The notes under the pieces: model-generated
Seen by the model: only the letters and a program-made list of their open reading frames with translations
The model's database searches: none
Told to the model about the DNA's origin: nothing
Origin: Paludibacter sp.
GTDB taxonomy: Bacteria > Bacteroidota > Bacteroidia > Bacteroidales > Paludibacteraceae
Direction: 5' to 3'
Assembly (NCBI GenBank): GCA_035299105.1
Contig: DATGXD010000317.1
Location: 1 to 21,555 of the forward strand
DNA: 21,555 nucleotides
Part shown: positions 14,437-21,555 of the stretch, piece after piece
Layout of the letters: each line of letters opens with the position of its first letter
How positions within the stretch are numbered: position 1 is the first letter of the stretch
Made by a program: the position numbers and the translations under genes

Positions 14437-16083
14437 ATGAAGAAAAAGCTATCACGACCCATGCGCGGCATTTTATTAGTTCTGATGTTAGTTTCGCTGG
14501 TGTCCGGAACCACCGCCGCCCAGTACTATTTTTACGTGCAATTTGCCGATAAAAACAATTCGCCCTATTCCCTGGAGCAACCTTCGGAATATTTGTCGAT
14601 ACGTGCCCTCGAACGCAGGCAACGGTTTGGCATTGGCATCGATTCTACCGACTTGCCTGTTAATCCTGCTTACGTCCAACAGGTTGAGAGCCTGGGTGCG
14701 CGGGTACATTCGCGGAGCAAGTGGATGAACGGCATGACCGTTATTGTAACCGACTCGACACAAATGGGGCAGGTGAGGGCATTGCCATTTGTTCGGTTTG
14801 TAGAGTATACCGGTCTTGCCAACGGGGCGGCGCAAGTCAAGCCTAAGAAAACAAAAGCCACCATTACATCGGATTATGGCTCGGGCGACAACCAGATAAA
14901 CCAGGTGGGTGGAAAATTCCTTCATAACCTGGGTTACCGGGGAAAAGGTATTGTGGTGGGTGTGATTGATGCAGGCTTCAATAGGGCCGATACCAATCCG
15001 GCTTTCGATAGTTTGCGGTTGCAGGGCAGGTTGTTGGGAACAAAGGATATAATCAATCCGGAATCCAATATTTACGCCGAGGATCCCCATGGAGCTTTTG
15101 TTTTGTCTATCATGACAGGCAATTTGCCGGGACAGTTTTTGGGAACCGCTCCTGACGCTTCGTTCTGGCTTATCCGGACCGAATATGGTCCTACGGAATA
15201 CAAGGTCGAGACCGATTTCTGGTGTGCCGGGATTGAATTTGCCGACAGCGTGGGCGTGGACGTGGTGAATTCCTCGCTAGGGTATTACACTTTCAATGAT
15301 ACAACGATGAATTTCAGATATGCCGATATGAACGGCAAAGTATCGAGGGCAAGCAGGGCGGCTACCATGGCAAGCAATAAAGGGATAATTGTGGTGGTGA
15401 GCGCGGGGAATGAAGGGATCGCCCCTTGGCGTTACATCGTGTCGCCGGCCGATGCCGAAGGGATTCTGACGGTTGGAGCCATGCAGAACGACAGCCTGCC
15501 GGCCAATTTTACCTCGTATGGTCCAAGTTCCGACGGGAGGGTAAAGCCCGAAGTCAGTGCGCTGGGAGAGTGGACGGCTTTTGTAAATGTATCAGGGAAA
15601 CCTATGGCTGGTAGTGGGACTTCCTTCTCTTCGCCCGTCATGGCCGGAATGATGGCCTGTTATTTACAAGCAGCCCGGCAATTGGGACAGGTATTGAGCA
15701 TCGGGAATTTAATTCAGAACGTGTGCAGGAGTGCGAGTTTGTATGGTAACCCATCGATAAGGCTCGGATACGGCGTGCCGAACTTTGAATCTGCCACCAG
15801 GAGCCTGCCGGGTTTTACAGGAACGACCCAGGTTGATAAAAGCGGCAAATTCGGATTGTTTTACGACCCGCAAAACAAATCTGTCCATGTGTGGCTGAAC
15901 AGCAGGACGGACACAACTGGGAAAATTGTGCAACTATATAACATGGAAGGGAAACTGGTTTCGGAGAAAAAAATGACCGGTGCCATTACTTGCCTGGATG
16001 CCGGGAATTGCGGGACCGGTATTTATGCAGTCCACATTGGTGGAAACGACACGGTGGGAACGCGTAAAATCCTTATTCCTTAG
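14437..16083 (+). CDS. Secreted S8 (subtilisin-family) serine peptidase with a T9SS C-terminal sorting domain
   Basis: 548 aa with the signal peptide MKKKLSRPMRGILLVLMLVSLVSGTTAAQ. The catalytic contexts are VGVIDAGF (Asp), HGAFVLS (His) and GTSFSSPVMAG (Ser). The last roughly 80 aa (KSVHVWLN...GIYAVHIGG...RKILIP) look like a Por_Secre_tail / T9SS type A CTD. Confidence 0.9.
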   Translation: MKKKLSRPMRGILLVLMLVSLVSGTTAAQYYFYVQFADKNNSPYSLEQPSEYLSIRALERRQRFGIGIDSTDLPVNPAYVQQVESLGARVHSRSKWMNGMTVIVTDSTQMGQVRALPFVRFVEYTGLANGAAQVKPKKTKATITSDYGSGDNQINQVGGKFLHNLGYRGKGIVVGVIDAGFNRADTNPAFDSLRLQGRLLGTKDIINPESNIYAEDPHGAFVLSIMTGNLPGQFLGTAPDASFWLIRTEYGPTEYKVETDFWCAGIEFADSVGVDVVNSSLGYYTFNDTTMNFRYADMNGKVSRASRAATMASNKGIIVVVSAGNEGIAPWRYIVSPADAEGILTVGAMQNDSLPANFTSYGPSSDGRVKPEVSALGEWTAFVNVSGKPMAGSGTSFSSPVMAGMMACYLQAARQLGQVLSIGNLIQNVCRSASLYGNPSIRLGYGVPNFESATRSLPGFTGTTQVDKSGKFGLFYDPQNKSVHVWLNSRTDTTGKIVQLYNMEGKLVSEKKMTGAITCLDAGNCGTGIYAVHIGGNDTVGTRKILIP

Positions 16084-16120
16084 AAACCGGCAGGCTTGTT
16101 CAAGATAATAATCAACTTAC

Positions 16121-17353
16121 ATGGATTCAATTAGCCTTTTTGAACTGACAAACCAGATTCAGACGACCATCCGGATGGGTTTCGAATCACCCGTGTGGAT
16201 TCGTGCCGAAATCAGCGAAATGCGTGAAAACCCCGGCGGGCATTGTTACCTCGAACTGATTGAGAAAGATGCGTTTTCGGATGCCATCCTCGCCAAGTCG
16301 AAGGCTACCATTTGGGCAAACACATACCGGATGCTCAAACCGTATTTCGAAACAAGCACCGGGCAAGCGCTTCGTGCCGGATTGAATGTGCTGGTGGCTG
16401 TCAACGTGGAATTCCACGGTGTGTATGGCTTGAGCCTGAATATCCGGGATATCGATCCGACTTTTACCATTGGCGAAATGGCTGCCCGAAGGCTCCGGAT
16501 TATCCGCCAGCTCGAAGCGGATGGCATTGCCGAAATGAACAAAATGCTGGCATTGCCCGAACTCCCGCAGCGGATTGCAATCATTTCGTCCGCAACGGCA
16601 GCTGGTTATGGCGACTTTTGCGACCAGCTGAGTAATCATCCGTCGGGTTATAAATTTTACACACGCTTGTTCCCGGCCATTATGCAGGGCGAGCAGGCCG
16701 AAGCTTCGATTGTCGCGGCGTTGGAAGAAATCTACGAACATGTCGAACTATATGATGCCGTGGTGATTATCCGCGGTGGTGGAGCAACAACCGACTTGGC
16801 TTGTTTCGACTCGTACGAACTGGCATTGAACTGCGCCCAATTCCCGCTTCCAATTATTGCCGGGATTGGTCATCAACGCGATGTTTCCATTCTCGACCTC
16901 GTGGCCAATAAATCGCTGAAAACACCCACCGCGGTTGCCGAATTCCTGATTGGACACTTGAACAACGCAGAAAGCCGGGTGCTTGGTATTTTCTCGGAAA
17001 TACAATATGTCGTTCGGGCGCGGATTGATTTTGAACAGCGGGCACTGGAACAAATGAACCAGCGTTTGAGGCATACGTTGCGCGGTTGGGTGGTTCAGAA
17101 AAACCATCTGCTCGACCGCCATCGGTCGAGACTTCAAAATGCGGTCAGAATGCAAATGCTGAAGCAAACCAACTGGCTTGCAATGCTCGAAAAGAATATC
17201 GAAACCCATTCGCCTGCATTTCTGTTGAAGCATGGGTATACCATTACAACGTTGAACGGGAAGAGGATATCATCGTATGCGCAAGTGAAGGCGGGCGATA
17301 AAATCCGGACCTTTGTGCATGATGGTGACTTTACCAGTGAGGTGACTCCCTAA
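16121..17353 (+). CDS. xseA: Exodeoxyribonuclease VII large subunit
   Basis: 410 aa with an OB-fold N-terminus VWIRAEISEMRENPGGHCYLELIEKD and the core motifs IIRGGGATTDLACFDSYELA and GIGHQRDVSILDLVA. Confidence 0.9.
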   Translation: MDSISLFELTNQIQTTIRMGFESPVWIRAEISEMRENPGGHCYLELIEKDAFSDAILAKSKATIWANTYRMLKPYFETSTGQALRAGLNVLVAVNVEFHGVYGLSLNIRDIDPTFTIGEMAARRLRIIRQLEADGIAEMNKMLALPELPQRIAIISSATAAGYGDFCDQLSNHPSGYKFYTRLFPAIMQGEQAEASIVAALEEIYEHVELYDAVVIIRGGGATTDLACFDSYELALNCAQFPLPIIAGIGHQRDVSILDLVANKSLKTPTAVAEFLIGHLNNAESRVLGIFSEIQYVVRARIDFEQRALEQMNQRLRHTLRGWVVQKNHLLDRHRSRLQNAVRMQMLKQTNWLAMLEKNIETHSPAFLLKHGYTITTLNGKRISSYAQVKAGDKIRTFVHDGDFTSEVTP

Positions 17354-17419
17354 CCCCTTAAGGAGATTGGCTCCTAACTCCCTAAAGAGGGATATTATTT
17401 ACAATTTACTAGTTGAAAA

Positions 17420-17776
17420 ATGGCAAAAATCACGCTTGAAAATATGGAATTCCATGCATTTCATGGATTTCTGGAACACGAAAACCGGATTGGAAATACT
17501 TTTATTGTGTCTGTCGCCATGGAATTGGATACATCAAAAGCCGGAAAATCGGACAACCTGGACGATACATTGAATTACCAATTGGTGTATAATGCCGTAA
17601 GGGAACAGATGGAAATTCCTTCGACTTTGATTGAACACGTCGGGCAACGGATTTTGGACTCGTTATTCGGTAAGTTCCTGCAAATTGAATTGCTGGAAGT
17701 AAAACTGTCGAAACTGAATCCACCCTTGGGTGGAAAGGTGGAGCGGGTGAGTATTGAACTTAGTAAAACCCGGTAA
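17420..17776 (+). CDS. folB: Dihydroneopterin aldolase
   Basis: 118 aa. FHAFHGFLEHENRIGNTFIVSV plus DDTLNYQLVYNAV match the FolB T-fold pattern. Confidence 0.85.
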   Translation: MAKITLENMEFHAFHGFLEHENRIGNTFIVSVAMELDTSKAGKSDNLDDTLNYQLVYNAVREQMEIPSTLIEHVGQRILDSLFGKFLQIELLEVKLSKLNPPLGGKVERVSIELSKTR

Positions 17777-17843
17777 CATTCCGCAAATCAGTATAAAAAT
17801 GCATTAGTATTCGAAAACCTGATTGTTTTTTGCCGGAAAAATG

Positions 17844-17851
17844 TACTTTTG
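17844..17851 (+). promoter_or_regulatory. Candidate -7 promoter box upstream of the POT transporter leader
   Basis: TACTTTTG ends 90 nt before ATG 17942 and lies upstream of the hairpin/T-run at 17888..17917. Confidence 0.35.
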
Positions 17852-17887
17852 CAATGCGGTTGTAAAACTGTTTTTGCAAAATTGAGC

Positions 17888-17917
17888 GAACGTTGTTTCC
17901 CCAACGTTCTTTTTTTA
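17888..17917 (+). terminator. Rho-independent terminator-like hairpin downstream of folB, 24 nt before the POT start codon
   Basis: GAACGTTG (17888..17895) pairs with CAACGTTC (17902..17909) around the loop TTTCCC, followed by TTTTTTTT (17910..17917). Confidence 0.7.
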
Positions 17918-17941
17918 TTCAAAATATTTAAAAGTTAATTT

Positions 17942-19489
17942 ATGTCGGAACTCGAACCAAGGCAAAAGCATCCCAAAGGCTTGTACTTCGTTTTTGCCAC
18001 GGCCATGTCGGAGCGCTTCAGCTATTACGGCATGCGCGCCATTTTTACGTTGTACCTGATAAAAGCCTTGTTGATGGACAAGGAACTGGCTTCCACCATC
18101 TATGGCAATTACACCGGGCTTGTTTACCTCACGCCGCTCATTGGCGGGTACGTTGCCGACCATTACCTGGGGATGCGGCGCTCGATACTCTGGGGGGCTG
18201 TCCTGATGATTGTCGGCCAGGTGTTTATGTTTGTCAGTGCGCTTTTTTACCAGAATAACGAGTTTGCCCGCTGGTTTATGTACTCGGGACTGGCAGCGCT
18301 GATTTTCGGTAATGGATTTTTCAAGCCGAATATCACCACCATGGTGGGTAGCCTGTACGAAAAGGGCGACAAACGGCTCGATTCGGCTTATACCATTTTT
18401 TATATGGGTGTGAATGTGGGTGCATTTATTGCTCCACTGTTGTGTGGTTTTTTTGGCGATACGGGCAATCCGGCCGATTTCAAGTTCGGTTTCCTGGCGG
18501 CGGCAATTGGCATGTTCATGAGCTTGGTATTGTTTGTGGGTTGGAAAAACAAGTTCCTGGTTGGCCCTTCGGGTGAAGCATTGGGTCTGGTGGCTTCGAG
18601 CAAATTGGATTCCCACAAAGCTGAAAAGGTTGATACCCCGGCACGCACCGTGAATCAGAAAATGGTGGAATTCCTCGGTTGGGGAACCGGACTGGCGATA
18701 TTATTTAGTTTGTTCCATTTTGCACTGGCATTTGATATTATCGGCGCACTTATTTTTTCCATTTGTATCATTATCCCGGCATATGTTATTTCCGACCGTT
18801 CGTTGACCAAAATCGAACGTGAACGTATCTGGGTGATTTATATCATCGCTTTTTTTGTCATCTTTTTCTGGTCGGCTTTCGAGCAGGCAGGCGCTTCGCT
18901 CACCTATTTTGCCGACGAGCAAACCAACCGCGAAATTTTTGGCTGGAGCATGCCTGCCAGTTACTTCCAGTCGTTCAACCCGGTGTTTATCGTATTGCTC
19001 GGGTTGGTGTTTTCAAATCTCTGGATTCAACTGGGTAAACGCAACCTCGACCCGCCTTCACCCGTGAAGCAATCGATGGGCTTGTTTTTCCTGGCTTTGG
19101 GTTACCTGGTCATTGCATTCGGGGTAAAGGACGCACAGCCGGGCATGAAAGTGAGCATACTCTGGCTCACCGGTTTGTATTTCATTCATACCATGGGTGA
19201 ATTGATGTTGTCGCCCATCGGTTTGTCGATGGTGAATAAACTGGCTCCGCTTCGTTTTGCTTCTTTGCTGATGGGGGTTTGGTACATGTCGATGGCGACA
19301 GCCAACAAATTTGCCGGCATGTTGAGCGGGTTGTATCCCGAAGCCGGAAAGCAGAAATTCATTTTCGGGTTCCAGATTGCCTCGCTTTACGACTTTTTCA
19401 TGTTATTCGTCGTAATGGCGGGGGTGGCTTCCGTAATTCTTTTCCTGCTTTCACGCAGGTTGCAGAAGCTGATGCACGGGGTGAAATAA
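17942..19489 (+). CDS. Proton-dependent oligopeptide transporter (POT/PTR2 family, DtpT-like)
   Basis: 515 aa and polytopic. It has the PTR2 signatures SERFSYYGMRAIFTLYL and FGNGFFKPNITTMVGSLY. Confidence 0.9.
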   Translation: MSELEPRQKHPKGLYFVFATAMSERFSYYGMRAIFTLYLIKALLMDKELASTIYGNYTGLVYLTPLIGGYVADHYLGMRRSILWGAVLMIVGQVFMFVSALFYQNNEFARWFMYSGLAALIFGNGFFKPNITTMVGSLYEKGDKRLDSAYTIFYMGVNVGAFIAPLLCGFFGDTGNPADFKFGFLAAAIGMFMSLVLFVGWKNKFLVGPSGEALGLVASSKLDSHKAEKVDTPARTVNQKMVEFLGWGTGLAILFSLFHFALAFDIIGALIFSICIIIPAYVISDRSLTKIERERIWVIYIIAFFVIFFWSAFEQAGASLTYFADEQTNREIFGWSMPASYFQSFNPVFIVLLGLVFSNLWIQLGKRNLDPPSPVKQSMGLFFLALGYLVIAFGVKDAQPGMKVSILWLTGLYFIHTMGELMLSPIGLSMVNKLAPLRFASLLMGVWYMSMATANKFAGMLSGLYPEAGKQKFIFGFQIASLYDFFMLFVVMAGVASVILFLLSRRLQKLMHGVK

Positions 19490-19508
19490 TATTTTAGTTG
19501 TAACTGTG

Positions 19509-19546
19509 AAAAAGAGTCGGAGGTTTTGATTTCCGACTCTTTTTTT
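19509..19546. terminator. Bidirectional terminator shared by the convergent POT and S46 genes
   Basis: AAAAAGAGTCGGA (19509..19521) and TCCGACTCTTTTT (19532..19544) form a perfect 13-bp stem with a 10-nt loop. An A-run on one side and a T-run on the other would serve both strands. Confidence 0.75.
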
Positions 19547-19590
19547 GCCAACCTAATAGGTCTTTGAGGCCTGTTGGGTCTAAATATCTT

Positions 19591-21555
19591 TTATTTTACA
19601 CTCAATTCATTCAATAGCCGGGTTGCACCACCAACCTTATCCATAATGAACATGATAAAGCGTACGTCAACATTAATAGTGCGTTGCAGGTCCGGTTCGA
19701 ATACGATGTCACCGCTCATGGCTTCCCAGTTGCCGTCGAATGCCAGGCCGAGCAGCTCGCCTTTGGCATTGAATATCGGGCTGCCCGAATTACCTCCGGT
19801 AATGTCGTTGTTGCTGAGGAACGCCACGTGCATTTTGCCGGTTTTTGTATCGAGGTAAGCGGCATAATCCTGGTCGACAATGGCTTTTTTCTCTGTTGGC
19901 GGCACATCAAATTCCCAGTTCCCGGGAACTTCTTTTTCCAGGATTCCTTTGGTGGTTGTGTAATAATTGTATTCCACAGCATCGGCCGGACTGTAACCGC
20001 CCACCGTGCCGTAAGTCAGCCGCATGGTGGAATTGGCATCGGGATACAGCGCAATGCCTTTTTCGGCAGCCATGGCCATGATACCCTCGAGGTACAACCT
20101 TTCGGCATCAGCCAGTTTTTCGATGGCTTTCGTGTACCCCTTGCTTTTAATCAGGGTGTTTGTGTTTATAACATCAATTGCAAAAACAAGGGCTGGGTCT
20201 TCGGAAAAATCTGTTTCCTGCTTTTTTATGGCCTGGGTTATTTTTTCCGGGGTACTGAAAACCGATTTCTTGTACAGGTATTGAGCAAAGCGTTTGTAAT
20301 CGCCTTTGAATTTCTTTTGGATTTGCGTGTAGGCTTCGGGCCAGGCATCGGCATCCACCGATTTTTTGTAGATATCGAGCATGGCAACCAGCGTGGCTTC
20401 ATCCACTTTCGGATTATAATCTTTGTACAGGTTATTTACTTTTGCCAGCAATGAATCTTCAGGGAGCTTGTTTTTTACCAGATTATTCATCGTGGCTGCC
20501 ATGCGGGGCATCTCCACGCCGTTTAGCAGCGACTCGCGGAGGTAGTTCATGGCGCGTCCATACGGGTAGATGGTGTTGTAACTGTCCTCGATTGTTTTCA
20601 GCACATACTTGTATTTCGCCTGGCGTTCGGGGGTTTGGTTCATCCAGGTGGTAAACTCAGCTTCCTGTTTGCGCTTTTCATCCAGCACACCCAATTTGTC
20701 GATGGCTTTATTCATCCCGATACTGTTTTTCCAGTAGTTGGAGCTTCGGGCATACTTGCTGGCATAGGCAATGTTGATAGCTTCGTCGGCAACCATAAAC
20801 GAACGCCACACATCCTGTTTGGCACCGCGGACATCGATCATGGCCTGGTTGGCAGAATTCATGCGGTTGGCAATGCCCCACGAAGTCAAATAACGCACGG
20901 TTGTCCCCGGGTTTCCCATAATCATGGTGTAATCGCCTGGTTTGTAGCCTTTGTTCGAGACCGTGGCAAATTTTTTAGGAGAGTAGGGGACATTGTCCTT
21001 CGAATAGGGCGCCGGTTTCCCATCGGGGGTGCAATACACCCTGAACACCGAGAAATCGCCGGTGTGCCGGGGCCACATCCAGTTGTCGGTGTCGCCGCCA
21101 AACTTGCCAATGGCTTCGGGTGGGGCATAGGCAAACCGAATATCGGTAAATTCTTCAAACACAAATAAATAAAACTGGTTGCCTGAATAAAATGGTTTCA
21201 GCTTGGCTATGTAGCCAGTTCCTTTTACGGCTTCTTTTTGTATGCTGCTGGTAATCGAATCCAGTTTGTCGGCGCGCTCCTTGCCGGTAAGTGTTTCGGG
21301 TAGCAAGGCCAACACCCGCTCGGTCATGTCCTCTATCCGCACCAGGAATTTCACGGTCAAGCCCGGCGAGGGAATTTCGTCTTCCAGTTTCTCGGCGGTA
21401 AAGCCGTTTTTTAAGTAATTGTGTTCCACCGAACTGTGTTGCTGGATAGTTTCGTAACCGCAGTGGTGGTTGGTGAAAAGCAGTCCCTGGTTCGAAACCA
21501 TGACACCTGTGCAGCCGTTACCAAAAACCACAACTGCATCTTTCAGGCTGGCGTG
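19591..21555 (-). CDS. S46 family dipeptidyl-peptidase, DPP7-like; N-terminus off the right edge of the window
   Basis: The frame is open to position 21555 (655 codons; the M in the ORF track is an internal GTG). It carries the S46 motifs GCTGVMVSNQGLLFTNHHCG (His) and DITGGNSGSPIFNAKGELLGLAFDGNWE (Ser). Confidence 0.9.
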   Translation of the reverse strand, partial: HASLKDAVVVFGNGCTGVMVSNQGLLFTNHHCGYETIQQHSSVEHNYLKNGFTAEKLEDEIPSPGLTVKFLVRIEDMTERVLALLPETLTGKERADKLDSITSSIQKEAVKGTGYIAKLKPFYSGNQFYLFVFEEFTDIRFAYAPPEAIGKFGGDTDNWMWPRHTGDFSVFRVYCTPDGKPAPYSKDNVPYSPKKFATVSNKGYKPGDYTMIMGNPGTTVRYLTSWGIANRMNSANQAMIDVRGAKQDVWRSFMVADEAINIAYASKYARSSNYWKNSIGMNKAIDKLGVLDEKRKQEAEFTTWMNQTPERQAKYKYVLKTIEDSYNTIYPYGRAMNYLRESLLNGVEMPRMAATMNNLVKNKLPEDSLLAKVNNLYKDYNPKVDEATLVAMLDIYKKSVDADAWPEAYTQIQKKFKGDYKRFAQYLYKKSVFSTPEKITQAIKKQETDFSEDPALVFAIDVINTNTLIKSKGYTKAIEKLADAERLYLEGIMAMAAEKGIALYPDANSTMRLTYGTVGGYSPADAVEYNYYTTTKGILEKEVPGNWEFDVPPTEKKAIVDQDYAAYLDTKTGKMHVAFLSNNDITGGNSGSPIFNAKGELLGLAFDGNWEAMSGDIVFEPDLQRTINVDVRFIMFIMDKVGGATRLLNELSVK

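Noticed and set aside
17367-17573. 68-aa ORF after xseA, considered as a possible xseB
   Set aside because: The sequence is Trp/Asn-rich and bears no resemblance to the helical XseB family. It also overlaps the well-supported folB in another frame.

Overview
This 21.5-kb window looks like a chromosomal segment of a Bacteroidota genome. The evidence for that placement is a T9SS C-terminal sorting domain, an S46 dipeptidyl-peptidase, M56-TonB_C fusion proteins, TAnnTTTG -7 promoter boxes and an almost complete lack of Shine-Dalgarno sequences. I support 18 protein-coding genes and see no rRNA, tRNA, CRISPR array, transposase or integrase. Gene order is: htpG (minus strand, runs off the left edge and is missing from the supplied ORF track), aguB-aguA (minus), queC, carboxy(nor)spermidine dehydrogenase, a GxxExxY PD-(D/E)XK protein, nspC, a hotdog thioesterase and a small membrane protein. 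These are followed by recQ (minus), a double-TonB_C protein, an M56/BlaR1-TonB_C sensor and a BlaI repressor (all minus). The right end holds a T9SS-secreted S8 protease, xseA, folB, a POT peptide transporter and a DPP7-like S46 peptidase (minus, runs off the right edge). Most long ORFs on the opposite strand of these genes are mirror-frame artefacts. The most unusual spot is 6237..6939. There an AT-rich, highly repeat-structured spacer plus a GxxExxY nuclease-fold gene is wedged between the two consecutive spermidine-synthesis genes, and nspC now starts at a GTG 7 nt after the inserted gene's stop. Second is the BlaI / M56-TonB_C / double-TonB_C cassette (11003..14260), which has a candidate operator and a perfect 20-bp palindrome. 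Smaller leads are a promoter-terminator-ORF leader in front of the POT transporter and a C5/G4/G4 switch-like hairpin in the queC leader. All identity calls rest on motif recognition by eye; no database search or folding program was run.
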